Source: Alphaproteobacteria bacterium
Lineage (GTDB): Bacteria; Pseudomonadota; Alphaproteobacteria; UBA828
DNA: 64,000 nt
Direction: 5' to 3'
Assembly: GCA_965237415.1 (NCBI GenBank)
Contig: CBDEFM010000002.1
Location: forward strand, 1,760,001-1,824,000
This document shows positions 38,729-48,547 of this stretch, piece by piece. Within the stretch, counting starts at the first letter, position 1; every line of letters starts with the position of its first letter. Under the pieces are notes generated by a model, which did no database searches, was not told the DNA's origin, and saw nothing but the letters and a program-made list of their open reading frames with translations. The translations under genes and the position numbers were made by a program.

Positions 38729-39700
38729 ATGGAAGGGGTGACGTGGTTCGTCCTGGTGATCGACGCGACGCTCCGCGTGTCGACGCCGCTCATCCTCGCC
38801 GCCTTCGCCGGCATGTTTGCCGAGCGCTCGGGCGTGGTCGATATCGGCCTCGAAGGCAAGATGCTGGGCGGAGCCTTCGCCGCGGCGGCAGCGGCGTTCG
38901 CCACCGGCTCAGCCTGGATCGGCCTGCTCGCCGGCATCGGGGCCTCGGTCGCGCTCGCGATGGTCCATGCCTTCGCCTGCGTCACTCACCGGGGCGATCA
39001 GGTGGTCTCGGGCATGGCGCTCAACATCCTGGTGGCGGGGCTCGGGCCAGTGCTGTCGCTCGCCTGGTTCGGCCAGGGCGGGCATACGCCGATGGTGGCG
39101 GATGCCGCGCGCTTCCGCCCAATTCACTTCCCCTTCGCCGACCGGTTGAGCGACGTGCCGTTCCTCGCCCAGATCTATTCGGAAATCGCCAGCGGCCACA
39201 ATCTGATCGTCTATATCGCGCTCGGCATGGTCCCGCTCGCGGCGTGGTTCATCTACAAGACCCGCTTCGGGCTGAGGCTCCGCGCAGTCGGCGAGGCGCC
39301 GGAGGCTGTGGACACCGCCGGCATCTCGGTCGCCGGCATGCGCTACCGGGCGATGATCGTCTGCGGCATCCTGTGCGGTATCGCCGGCACGTCGCTCTCG
39401 ATCGCCCAGAACGCGCTCTTCGTGCGCGATATGAGCGCGGGCATGGGCTATCTCGCGCTCGCTGCGCTCATCTTCGGCAAATGGCGCCCGGTGCCGACCC
39501 TCTTCGCCTGCTTCCTCTTCGCCTTCGCCGACGCCGTGCAGGCGAGGCTGCAGGGCGTCGATGTCCCAGGCGTCGGCGTCATCCCGGTGCAGGCGATCCA
39601 GGCGCTCCCCTACCTGCTGACCGTGCTGCTGCTCGCGGGCTTCGTCGGCAAGGCGGTCCCGCCCAAGGCGAGCGGCGTTCCCTACGTGAAGGAGCGTTAG
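38729..39700 (+). CDS. Nucleoside ABC permease 2
   Basis: ERSGVVDIGLEG, KTRFGLRLRAVGE, ends PYVKER; stop TAG coincides with element end. Confidence 0.92.
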   Translation: MEGVTWFVLVIDATLRVSTPLILAAFAGMFAERSGVVDIGLEGKMLGGAFAAAAAAFATGSAWIGLLAGIGASVALAMVHAFACVTHRGDQVVSGMALNILVAGLGPVLSLAWFGQGGHTPMVADAARFRPIHFPFADRLSDVPFLAQIYSEIASGHNLIVYIALGMVPLAAWFIYKTRFGLRLRAVGEAPEAVDTAGISVAGMRYRAMIVCGILCGIAGTSLSIAQNALFVRDMSAGMGYLALAALIFGKWRPVPTLFACFLFAFADAVQARLQGVDVPGVGVIPVQAIQALPYLLTVLLLAGFVGKAVPPKASGVPYVKER

Positions 39701-39908
39701 CCCGGATATCTCGCCGGGCTCACGGACTGCATCGGGCGGGCGAAGCATCAAATTAAGGCGGGATTCGGCGGGATTAAGTGGGATTAAGTGGGATAAGTGG
39801 TATTCCGCGGGGACAACCGCCCGCCGTCCTCCATGACCACGGCGGGGACTGCGGGCGGCCGCATTCCCTGCCTTCGCCTGCCGCCGCCCCGTTCGCTCTT
39901 GCGCTGTA

Positions 39909-39923
39909 TGGCACGGCAATTGC
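39909..39923 (+). promoter_or_regulatory. Consensus sigma54 -24/-12 motif (copy 2)
   Basis: TGGCACGGCAATTGC, identical to 2493-2507. Confidence 0.55.
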
Positions 39924-40022
39924 GCCGGCGGCACGCAGACCGCGGCCGCGGTGAGACATCCGGGCCGCACGATGAGACGGGCGCGCGTCTGCCTGGTCGC
40001 GGCGGAGGAGGAGCCCCCCGCC

Positions 40023-40659
40023 TCACCCTGGCCCGCTCCACTCCGCAGGGCAGAAGGGAGGGTCGGTCGGCCAGAGTCGGCCTTCCACCTCCCGCCGTCT
40101 CAGCTCAGCATCCCGCGCCCCGTGCGCGTCCCACGCGTCCTGTGCACCGTCGCCGGCAGGCGACTCGGACGTGGGGTCCGGCGGGGTGACGTGGGAGTCA
40201 GCGGGAGAGGCGGCGGCCCACCCGAATGCCGCCGGCGGCGGGTCTGTGCCCCCAGGGAAGAGGTGCCCCTCCATGGCCCGGCGGACGGTCTCGACCCGTT
40301 CGGCATGCGTCATAGTGGCCGCGCGCGCGGCCGGCCCGGCGTGCGCGGCGGCGGCATCGGCCTTCGCCTGCTCGCGCTCGACGCGGAGCCTGTCGGCGGC
40401 TTCGATGCGGTAGAGCCCGAGCGCGAGGCGGGCGAGGTCCTCCGTCGATACCGGTTCCGCGCGCTTGCCGAGCTCGGCCATCGTAACCAGAGCCAGCGTT
40501 CGCAGGGTCTCGATCGCGATGAGGGCGCTAAGCCCCTCGGCGCGGGGGTCGCGCGTGCGCTCCCATTCCTCGGCAAAGCGATCGGTCTCGCGCTGCAGGC
40601 AGATCAGGCCGTCCATGCGCTCGGCCCAGCGGCCCTCGGCGGGTCGCGCACGCGCGCAG
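40023..40659 (-). pseudogene. DUF3486-like gene copy 2, 3' part
   Basis: CARARPAEGRWAERMDGL...PTDPPFCPAEWSGPG matches copy 1; cut by IS21. Confidence 0.85.
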
Positions 40660-40813
40660 TGTCGATGACGGTCCAAAAGTGCGCCTATTCGCTGCATTCA
40701 GCACGTGAGTGCGGTGACGATGTAGCAGCTTGTTTGGCGGGTGGAAGCGTGCCTCGTCGGAGCTGTGGATAGGCGGCTTGTCGCAGCGACCGCCCTCGTC
40801 TATGGACGCCCCC

Positions 40814-41070
40814 GGTAATGCAAGCTTTTCTTTGAACGGCACGGTGCATGCGGTCAGGTGCTGTCGTCTATCCGGCCTGTTGATGCGGCATTTCGATCGC
40901 CGCTGGCCCGTATGGAGATACGCGAACCGGGTCCAAAATCGAGTCTGCGAGCTTGAACGCTCTCAGGACGGTGCTGGTTTTCCCGATCCGGTCTCATTGA
41001 CCGTATGCCCTCCTTACCTGTCCTCCGACCTGCCCACATCCCCGACGGCTTCCCGCGATTGTCCGCCCTG
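40814..41070 (-). ncRNA. Putative bridge/seek RNA of the IS1111-type element (exact ends unknown)
   Basis: Contains matches to both target flanks and to the element end (see findings). Confidence 0.8.
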
Positions 41071-42096
41071 TCAGGCGGTTGCGGGAACCCGATAGATCTC
41101 CTTCTTCGCCGTCACCGCCCAGGCGACGCGCGCCATTTTGTTGGCCAGCGCAACCGCGACGAGCATCTTCGGCTTGCGCGCCAGCATTTCGGCCAGCCAA
41201 GGATCCCTCGTCTCGCCACCACGGCGCTCCGCCGCTTGGATTACAGACATGGCACCCGTGATCAAGAGCCGCCTGAGATCGCGCTGGCCCATCTTCGATA
41301 CCTTGCCAAGCCTTGGCTTGCCGCCAGTCGTATGCTGTCGCGGCACGAGGCCTAGCCAGGCGGCGAAGTCGCGCCCGCGCCTGAAGCTCTCCATCGGTGG
41401 GGCGAAAGCCTGTACTGCCATGGCCGTGATCGGCCCGATGCCCGGGATCGTCATGAGCCGTGCCGCCTCTTCGTCCTGGCGTGCGCAAACGCGGAGCTCC
41501 TTCTCCAAATCGTAGATCTTCGCATCGAGGTCTGAGACCTGACCGAGCAGTAGGTCACCCAGCTCGCGAACCGGCTCCGGTAGCCCCGAGCTCGGATCCA
41601 TGAGTGCCGCCTCCAGCCGCTTGACATGAGCTGGCCCCTGTGGAGCGATGACGCCGAACTCCGCCAGGTGACCCCGTAGCGCGTTAATCGTCTGCGTGCG
41701 CTGGCGCACCAGGAGGTCGCGTGTGCGGAACAGCATCCCTCGAGCCTGCTGCTCTTCCGTCTTCACGGCCACCAAGCTCATGGTGGGGCGCTGCGCGGCC
41801 TCGCAAGTCGCCTCCGCGTCCCTCGCGTCATTTTTCTGCCGTTTGACGAATGGCTTGACATATATCGGTGGGATTAGCTTGACCTCGTGTCCGAGCATCT
41901 CGGTCTCTCTACCCCAATAGTGAGCGCTCGCGCAGGCCTCCATCGCCACCACGCAGGGCGGTTGCGAGGCGAGGAAGTCGAGTAGCTTGCCCCGGCTCAG
42001 CTTCTTGCGGAACACAACGGACCCGTCTGCCCGCGCACCATGCAACTGAAAGCTGTGCTTCGCCAGATCGATCCCGATGATGCTAGCCTGATCCAT
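41071..42096 (-). CDS. IS110-family recombinase/transposase
   Basis: IGIDLAK, AMEA, KNDARDAE (DEDD), IPGIGPITA, WLGLVPRQHTTGGK; RBS GGAGG before ATG 42096. Confidence 0.96.
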   Translation of the reverse strand: MDQASIIGIDLAKHSFQLHGARADGSVVFRKKLSRGKLLDFLASQPPCVVAMEACASAHYWGRETEMLGHEVKLIPPIYVKPFVKRQKNDARDAEATCEAAQRPTMSLVAVKTEEQQARGMLFRTRDLLVRQRTQTINALRGHLAEFGVIAPQGPAHVKRLEAALMDPSSGLPEPVRELGDLLLGQVSDLDAKIYDLEKELRVCARQDEEAARLMTIPGIGPITAMAVQAFAPPMESFRRGRDFAAWLGLVPRQHTTGGKPRLGKVSKMGQRDLRRLLITGAMSVIQAAERRGGETRDPWLAEMLARKPKMLVAVALANKMARVAWAVTAKKEIYRVPATA

Positions 42097-42441
42097 GGAG
42101 GCCTCCTCCCTCAGGTGGTTCGACACCACCACCTTGGCACGATTCGCTGCCGTCGGGAGGGGGCGTCCACTCCCTCGAGTCTGGCAAGGCAAGCCGGCTA
42201 TCCACAGCGGGCAGGCGTCGCGATTCCGGTGGCGGCGGGCGAACTGGCGGCAGCCCCTCGGACCTGAACAGCAAGATCGGTAGGGCTACACTCGGGCCGC
42301 TGAGAACGATGCGGCGCCGGCCACGTCTGCTTGGTGGCAAGAGCCGGCGCCGCACCCCCCGAGCCATGCTCGGCACGGCCCAGATGCACAGTATCGTGCG
42401 GGTTTTGGCGGGGGTCGAGCCCGTTCTCATCGACCGCCGCG

Positions 42442-42888
42442 ATGAGGAACTTCGGCCGCCTGTTCAACTGCGCCCACTGCGATCGGCAGGTGGTTCTCTG
42501 CCCGCGCTGCGACCACGGCAACATGTACTGCTCAGCGGACTGCCGCGAGACGGCGCGCAGGCAGGCGCAGCGTCTTTGCGGGCAGCGCTATCAGGACAGC
42601 CTCCAGGGTCGTCGCAAGCACGCGCAGCGGCAGCAGCGCTATCGCGATCGGCACCGGCGTCGGGTGCCGGAGAATGAGGTCTGCGCGCAGAAAGTGACGC
42701 ATCACCCTTTGACCCGCGGGCACCGTCGTCCTGTTGTGCCACAGACGCCGATGACGCGTCGCGGGACACAACCCTTTGGGCACGGGCGGCCTGCCAGGGT
42801 CTTCCGCTGCCATCGCTGCGGCCGGTTCTGCGCGCAGTTTGTCCATCCGGGCCTGCGCCCGGTCCGGCATCCGGCACGAGAAGGGTGA
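42442..42888 (+). CDS. Cys-rich putative zinc-binding protein inside the IS21
   Basis: CAHC, CPRC, CSADC, CHRC motifs; basic; stop 1 nt before istA ATG. Confidence 0.7.
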   Translation: MRNFGRLFNCAHCDRQVVLCPRCDHGNMYCSADCRETARRQAQRLCGQRYQDSLQGRRKHAQRQQRYRDRHRRRVPENEVCAQKVTHHPLTRGHRRPVVPQTPMTRRGTQPFGHGRPARVFRCHRCGRFCAQFVHPGLRPVRHPAREG

Positions 42889-42889
42889 G

Positions 42890-44395
42890 ATGACCATCGA
42901 CAAGAAGACGCGCGCGGAGATCCTGCGCCTCCATTACGCCGAGAAGTGGAAGATCGGCACGATCGCAAACCAACTCGGCGTCCATCACATCACGGTCCGC
43001 CGCGTTCTGGCCGACGACGGGGTGCCTCGGCATATGAGGCGGCACCGGCGCTCGAAGCTCGATCCCTTCATGCCCTTCATCCGCCAGACACTGGCTCACT
43101 ATCCGAAGCTGACCGCCAGCCGGCTCTACGAGATGGCGTGCGAGCGCGGCTACCAGGGGAGCCAGAGCCACTTCCGCAACATGATCGCCCCCGAGCGGCC
43201 GAAGCCTGTGGCCGAGGCCTATCTGCGTCTCAAGACCCTTCCCGGCGAGCAGGCCCAGGTCGATTGGGGACACTTCGGCAAAGTGAAGCTCGGTCGCGCG
43301 GAGCGCCCGCTGATGGGCTTCGTGATGGTTCTGAGCTTCTCGCGACGCATCTTCCTGCGCTTCTACCTCAACGCCGCGATGAGCAACTTCCTGCGTGGCC
43401 ATATCGACGCCTTCGAGGCGTGGCAGGGCGTGCCCCGCGAGCTCTGGTACGACAACCTGAAGAGCGTCGTGCTGGAGCGCCGCGGCGACGCCATCCGCTT
43501 CAATCCCCAGTTCCTCGACTTCGCCGGCCACTACCGTTTCCTGGCACAGCCCGTCGCGATCGCGCGCGGCAATGAGAAGGGGCGCGTGGAACGGGCGATA
43601 CGCTACGCTCGCGACAGCTTCTTCGCCGCTCGCTCATGGCGCGATATCGACGACCTCAACGCCCAGGCCCAGGCCTGGTGCGATGGCATCGCCGCCGAGC
43701 GGCCCTGGCCCGAAGACCACTCCATCAGCGTGCGCGAGGCCTTCGAGCGGGAACGCAGCTCTCTCATTGCGCTGCCCGGCGATCGCTTCCCCGCCGACGA
43801 ACGGGTCGAGGCCTCCATCGGCAAGACCCCTTACGTCAGATTCGACCTCAACGACTACAGCGTGCCGCACACCCATGTGAGCCGCACTCTCGTCGTCCTC
43901 GCGACCCTCGACGAGGTGCGCATCCTCGACGGCGCGGACGTCATCGCCACCCATCCACGCAGCTTCGACAAGGCAGAGCGTGTCGAAAACCCCGACCACA
44001 TCGCCGGCCTGGTCAGGCACAAGCGTCATGCCCGGCGCCTTCGCGGGCAGGATCGGCTGGTCCAGGCCGCGCCCAACAGCGAGCGCCTGCTCACCGACGC
44101 CGCCAAGCGCGGCAGCAATCTCGGCACCATCGTCGCCGCCCTACTGCGCCTCCTCGACGGGTACGGCGCCGCCGAGCTCGAGGCGGGCATCGACGAGGCC
44201 CTGAAGCGCGGCGTCCCCCATCCGAACGCCGTGCGCCTGAGCCTGGCCCGGCGGCGCGAACTGCGAGACGAGCCCCCGCCCATCCCCGTCGACCTGCCCA
44301 AGCATCCACGCCTGCGCGATATCGCGGTGCGCGACCACGATCTCGGCGGATACGACGGACTGGCCGGTGGGCCCGAAGAGGACAGCGAAGAATGA
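42890..44395 (+). CDS. istA: IS21 transposase
   Basis: N-terminal [34 protein letters not shown]. Confidence 0.95.
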   Translation: MTIDKKTRAEILRLHYAEKWKIGTIANQLGVHHITVRRVLADDGVPRHMRRHRRSKLDPFMPFIRQTLAHYPKLTASRLYEMACERGYQGSQSHFRNMIAPERPKPVAEAYLRLKTLPGEQAQVDWGHFGKVKLGRAERPLMGFVMVLSFSRRIFLRFYLNAAMSNFLRGHIDAFEAWQGVPRELWYDNLKSVVLERRGDAIRFNPQFLDFAGHYRFLAQPVAIARGNEKGRVERAIRYARDSFFAARSWRDIDDLNAQAQAWCDGIAAERPWPEDHSISVREAFERERSSLIALPGDRFPADERVEASIGKTPYVRFDLNDYSVPHTHVSRTLVVLATLDEVRILDGADVIATHPRSFDKAERVENPDHIAGLVRHKRHARRLRGQDRLVQAAPNSERLLTDAAKRGSNLGTIVAALLRLLDGYGAAELEAGIDEALKRGVPHPNAVRLSLARRRELRDEPPPIPVDLPKHPRLRDIAVRDHDLGGYDGLAGGPEEDSEE

Positions 44396-45201
44396 CCGAC
44401 ACCCTCAAGGACCGTGCCCGCGCGCTGCGCCTGTACGGCCTCATCGCCCACTGGGACGACATCGGCGAGTGCAGCTGGCTGCCCACCCTCATCGCCTGGG
44501 AAGAGGAAGAACGGCGAAGCCGCAGCCTCAAGCGGCGCCTCAGCGAGGCCCGCATTGGACACTTCAAGCCCCTCGTCGACTTCGATTGGGACTGGCCCCG
44601 CCGCTGCGACCCAATGGTCATCGAGGACCTCATGAGCCTCGAGTTCCTGCGCGAGGCCGCCAACGTCGTCCTCGTCGGCCCAAACGGGGTGGGCAAGTCC
44701 ACCATCGCCGCCAACCTCGCCCACCGCGCCATCATCGAGGGGCACACCGTGCGCTTCACAACTGCAGGAAACATGCTCGGTGAGCTCGCCGCCCTCGATA
44801 GCGACAGCCTGCTCCAGCGCAAGCTCCGATTCTACGCCCGCCAACAGCTGCTGGTGATCGACGAGGTCGGCTACCTCTCCTATAGCAATCGCCATGCCGA
44901 TCTGCTGTTCAATATCGTCTCCAGCCGCAGCCAGCAGCGCTCCACCATAATCACCACAAACCGGCCCTTCGCCGAGTGGAGCGAAGCCTTCCCCAACGCC
45001 GCCTGCGTCGTCGCCCTCGTCGACCGCCTCATCCACAACGCCGAGATCATCGCCATCGACGGCGATTCCTATCGCCGAAAGGAGGCCGAGGAACGCCAGA
45101 AGAAGCGCAGCGCAGAGCGCCGCCGCCGCCGGGGCGCAGCAGGCCGTCGGCGAGCCGGAAAGGCCGACGCCCTGGACCGCGAGCCGCCGTCGGCGGCGTA
45201 G
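44392..45201 (+). CDS. istB: IS21 helper AAA+ ATPase
   Basis: GPNGVGKS, LLVIDEVGY, IITTN, VDRLIH, GDSYR. Confidence 0.95.
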   Translation: MTDTLKDRARALRLYGLIAHWDDIGECSWLPTLIAWEEEERRSRSLKRRLSEARIGHFKPLVDFDWDWPRRCDPMVIEDLMSLEFLREAANVVLVGPNGVGKSTIAANLAHRAIIEGHTVRFTTAGNMLGELAALDSDSLLQRKLRFYARQQLLVIDEVGYLSYSNRHADLLFNIVSSRSQQRSTIITTNRPFAEWSEAFPNAACVVALVDRLIHNAEIIAIDGDSYRRKEAEERQKKRSAERRRRRGAAGRRRAGKADALDREPPSAA

Positions 45202-45418
45202 TCATAGATCGTCTCTCGCCATGGTACGGGCGGGTGCAGGCCGAGACCCTGAGAGCCTATCCCCTCGAAGGCGTCGCGCGATCCCTCGGCTACCGCCGCG
45301 ACCCCGATGTCGATGACGCACCCTGGAGGCACCTCGGATTGATCGTCAGCATCAACCGCCGACCACGTCCAACTCCAGAAATGCAGCAAATACGCGCATT
45401 CCTAAGCCGTCGCTAACA

Positions 45419-45616
45419 CGCGCAGCGTCGTGCGCGCGGGATCAAAGGCGAACGGTCGCCGCCCCGCGCACGGACGCGCGCCACGATCTCGTCCATGGTG
45501 GAGCCGTCCTCGATGGCTGCGGTCACGGCGTCCTGGATTGCGGCCGGCAGCGGCTCGTCCGATGAGCAGTCCCCGCCCATCGCACCTGCCGTGCCCGGCG
45601 TGCTCTCGCACTGCAT
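45419..45616 (-). pseudogene. DUF3486-like gene copy 2, 5' part
   Basis: DEPLPAAIQDAVTAAIEDGSTMDEIVARVRA...LIPRARRC joins in frame to the 3' part across the TSD. Confidence 0.85.
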
Positions 45617-45744
45617 GACGCGATCCTGGCGCGCGCGCCGAGCACCGTGCACCGCACCATGGTCCGTCGCCCGCGCCCGCAGGGTCGCGGGCGCGGTATC
45701 AGGGTCCCGTGCGACGCCGACCATGACCGCGAGAAAATTCCGGG

Positions 45745-46800
45745 CTAGAGGCGGAGGCGTTCTCGCGTGAGATGGATGAGGCGGGCGAGGCCGTGCGGCT
45801 CGACGATCAGGATCACGATGATGAAGCCGCCGAAGATAATGACCTCGAGATGCTTGGCGAGGTCGACGGGAAAGTCGATGCCGAGCATCGTGTTCAGGTT
45901 GGTGAGGAAGATCGGCACGACGGTGATGAAGGCCGCGCCGATGATGGAGCCCGCGATCGAGCCGAGGCCGCCGACGATGACCATGAAGAGCACGAGGAAG
46001 GAGAGGTTGACGTCGAAGGCGAGCGTCTCGGCGCTGCCCAGATAGAGGAAGACGAAGAGCGAGCCCGCGACGCCGCAGAGATAGGAGCTCACGGCGAAGG
46101 CGAGAAGCTTGGTGCGGAGCAGCGGGATACCCACGATCTCGGCGGCCACGTCCATGTCGCGCACCGCCATCCAGGCGCGGCCGAAGCGGCTGCGCATCAG
46201 GTTGCGGGCGAAGAAGACGAAGACCGCGACGAAGACCAGCGCCACCAGATAGCGCACCTCGGCGGCCGCCTCCGGCCCGGTGATCATGACGCCCGCGAAT
46301 TTGCGCGGCGGTGCCGTGATCGTGCCGGACGGGTTGTCGTTGTAGAACCAGGGCACCCGGTTGAAGAGCCAGATCAGGAAGAACTGCGCCGCGAGCGTCG
46401 CCACCGCCAGATAGAAGCCCTTGATGCGCAGGCTCGGCAGGCCGAACAGGATGCCGACGCCGGCGGCGAAGAAGCCCGAGATGAAGAAGATGGCGATGAT
46501 GTCGACCCCGGGCCACGCGGTCGTCATCTTGTAGGTGGCGTAGGCGCCGACCGCCATGAAGCCGCCGGTGCCGAGCGAGAGCTGGCCTGCGAAGCCGGTG
46601 AGCAGATTGAGCCCGAGCGCCGCGAGCGCGAATATCAGGAAGGGGATCAGGATCGCCTGCAGCCAGTACTCGTTCGCGAGCGTCGGCACCGCGAAGAGGG
46701 CGAGCAGCGTGATCACGGTCACGAAGACGGTATCGATCGAGCGCGAGCGGGTCGCGAAGAGGGCGTTGCAGAGGTCGGTGAAATAGGCGCGCACGGTCAC
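45745..46800 (-). CDS. Branched-chain amino acid-type ABC permease (LivM-like)
   Basis: LNLLTGFAGQLSLG, GFYLAVATLA, VGGLGS; stop TAG coincides with element end. Confidence 0.9.
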   Translation of the reverse strand: MTVRAYFTDLCNALFATRSRSIDTVFVTVITLLALFAVPTLANEYWLQAILIPFLIFALAALGLNLLTGFAGQLSLGTGGFMAVGAYATYKMTTAWPGVDIIAIFFISGFFAAGVGILFGLPSLRIKGFYLAVATLAAQFFLIWLFNRVPWFYNDNPSGTITAPPRKFAGVMITGPEAAAEVRYLVALVFVAVFVFFARNLMRSRFGRAWMAVRDMDVAAEIVGIPLLRTKLLAFAVSSYLCGVAGSLFVFLYLGSAETLAFDVNLSFLVLFMVIVGGLGSIAGSIIGAAFITVVPIFLTNLNTMLGIDFPVDLAKHLEVIIFGGFIIVILIVEPHGLARLIHLTRERLRL

Positions 46801-47735
46801 ACCCGCTCGATGATCTTTTCGCCGAACAGGCCCTGGGGCCGGAACATGAGAACCAGCATCGCCAGCATGTAGGCGAACCAGTTCTCGATCGCGCCGCCGA
46901 TCACCGGGCCCCAATAGACCTCGGCGACCTTCTCTCCGAGGCCGATGATGAGCCCGCCGACGATGGCGCCGGGAACGGAGGTCAGCCCGCCCAGGATGAG
47001 CACGGGCAGCGCCTTCAGCGCGATCAGCGACAGGCTGAACTGCACGCCGCTCTTCGCCCCCCACATGATGCCGGCGACCATGCCGACGATCCCGGCCACC
47101 GACCAGACGATGATCCAGATGGTCCTGAGCGAGATCCCGAGGGAGAGCGCCGCCTGCGGATCGTCGGCCACCGCCCTGAGCGCCCGCCCCATGGGCGTGT
47201 GCTGGAAGATCAGCGCCAACACTGCCACCAGCACTGCCGCCACCAGGGCGGCGATGAGGTCGAATTCGTTGAGCAGCATGCCGCCCACATCGACAGGAGA
47301 GGACGGGATGCCGAGGTCGAGCGCCTTGACATTCGAGCCCCAGGCCCATTCGCCGACGCCTTCGAGCAGGAAGCTCAGCCCGATGGTCGCCATGAAGAGC
47401 GTGATCGGCGGCTGATTGATCAACGGGCGCAGCATCCCGCGCTCGATCGCGAAGGCGAGCCCGATCATGACGATTGCCGTCACCGGCAACGCGGCCCAGA
47501 CCGGCAGGCCGTGCTCCATCACCCCGACCAGGGTCAGCGCGGCGAACAGAACCATCGCACCCTGGGCGAAGTTGAATACCTGAGAAGCCTTGAAAATGAG
47601 CACGAAGCCGAGTGCCACCAGCGAGTACATTACGCCGGTGAGCAAGCCGGAAATCGCGACCTCGCCGAGGAACACCGGGAACTCGATCATGTCGAGGAAG
47701 GGCGCGACGAAGAAGTCCCAAAGGAACTCCATCAC
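46797..47735 (-). CDS. Branched-chain amino acid-type ABC permease (LivH-like)
   Basis: YSLVALGFVLIF, FNFAQG, RPQGLFG. Confidence 0.92.
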   Translation of the reverse strand: MMEFLWDFFVAPFLDMIEFPVFLGEVAISGLLTGVMYSLVALGFVLIFKASQVFNFAQGAMVLFAALTLVGVMEHGLPVWAALPVTAIVMIGLAFAIERGMLRPLINQPPITLFMATIGLSFLLEGVGEWAWGSNVKALDLGIPSSPVDVGGMLLNEFDLIAALVAAVLVAVLALIFQHTPMGRALRAVADDPQAALSLGISLRTIWIIVWSVAGIVGMVAGIMWGAKSGVQFSLSLIALKALPVLILGGLTSVPGAIVGGLIIGLGEKVAEVYWGPVIGGAIENWFAYMLAMLVLMFRPQGLFGEKIIERV

Positions 47736-48547
47736 GCGTCATCCTCGGTTGCGACGCCCAGATAGGCGTCGATCACCGCCTGATCGTTACGCACTTCCTC
47801 CGGCGTCCCGTCCGCGATCTTGCGGCCGTAGTCGAGCACGATGATGTGATCGGAGAGCTCCATGACCACGCTCATGTCGTGCTCGATCAGAGCCATGGTC
47901 GTGCCGAACCGGGCCTTGGTCTCGAGGATGAAGCGGCTCATCTCGGCTTTCTCGCCCCTGTTCATCCCGGCCATGGGCTCGTCGAGCAGGAGCAGGTCGG
48001 GCTCGGCCGCGAGCGCACGGGCGAGCTCCACGCGCTTCTGCAGGCCGTAAGGGAGGCGGCCCACCGGCGTGTTGCGGATGTGCTCGATCTCGAGGAAGCT
48101 GATGACCTCATCGGCAGCGGCGCGGTGGCGTGATTCCTCCGCCCGCGAGGGCCCCGCCGGCAGCAGGCAGAAGACGAAATTGCTGCGCATCTTGAGGTTG
48201 CGGCCGGCCATGACATTGTCGAGCGTGCTCATGCCCCTGAACAGCGCGACGTTCTGAAAGGTGCGGGCCATGCCCTCCAGGGCGGCAACGCGCGGGTGCA
48301 TCTTGCGGCGCACGCGCCCCTTGAAGGTGATCGTGCCCTCGCTCGGCTGGTAGGCGCCGTTGAGCACGTTGAGCATGGAGGTCTTGCCGGCGCCGTTGGG
48401 CCCGATGATGGCGCAGATCTCGCCGGCGTAGATGGTGAACTCGATGCCGGCCAGCGCCTGGACGCCGCCGAAGCGGAGCGCGATGTCCTGGACGCTCAAT
48501 AACGGCGTGCCGGGAGCGGGGCGGCCGTTTTCCGTCTCACCCGGCAT
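47732..48547 (-). CDS. ABC ATPase (LivG-like)
   Basis: GPNGAGKTS, RTFQN, LPYGLQKR, IEHDM, AYLG. Confidence 0.92.
   Translation of the reverse strand: MPGETENGRPAPGTPLLSVQDIALRFGGVQALAGIEFTIYAGEICAIIGPNGAGKTSMLNVLNGAYQPSEGTITFKGRVRRKMHPRVAALEGMARTFQNVALFRGMSTLDNVMAGRNLKMRSNFVFCLLPAGPSRAEESRHRAAADEVISFLEIEHIRNTPVGRLPYGLQKRVELARALAAEPDLLLLDEPMAGMNRGEKAEMSRFILETKARFGTTMALIEHDMSVVMELSDHIIVLDYGRKIADGTPEEVRNDQAVIDAYLGVATEDDA

Larger units (their letters stand above)
40798..42176 (-). mobile_element. IS110-family element, IS1111 group, nested in the IS21
   Basis: Sub-terminal 11-bp IR TGGACGCCCCC (40803-40813 / 42159-42169); CCCTCG at both junctions; long non-coding region downstream of the recombinase. 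Confidence 0.9.
40660..45418 (+). mobile_element. IS21-family element
   Basis: TG...CA ends, imperfect IR TGTCGATGACGGTCCAAAAGTGCGCCTATTCGCTGCATT vs rc TGTTAGCGACGGCTTAGGAATGCGCGTATTTGCTGCATT; 7-bp TSD CGCGCAG at 40653-40659 and 45419-45425; istAB. Confidence 0.93.
39698..45747. mobile_element. Non-autonomous TIR element, composite copy 2 (~1.3 kb once the IS21 is removed)
   Basis: Ends TAGCCCGGATATCTCGCCGGGCTCACGGACTGC and rc TAGCCCGGAATTTTCTCGCGGTCATGGTCGGC; same internal modules as copy 1. Confidence 0.78.
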
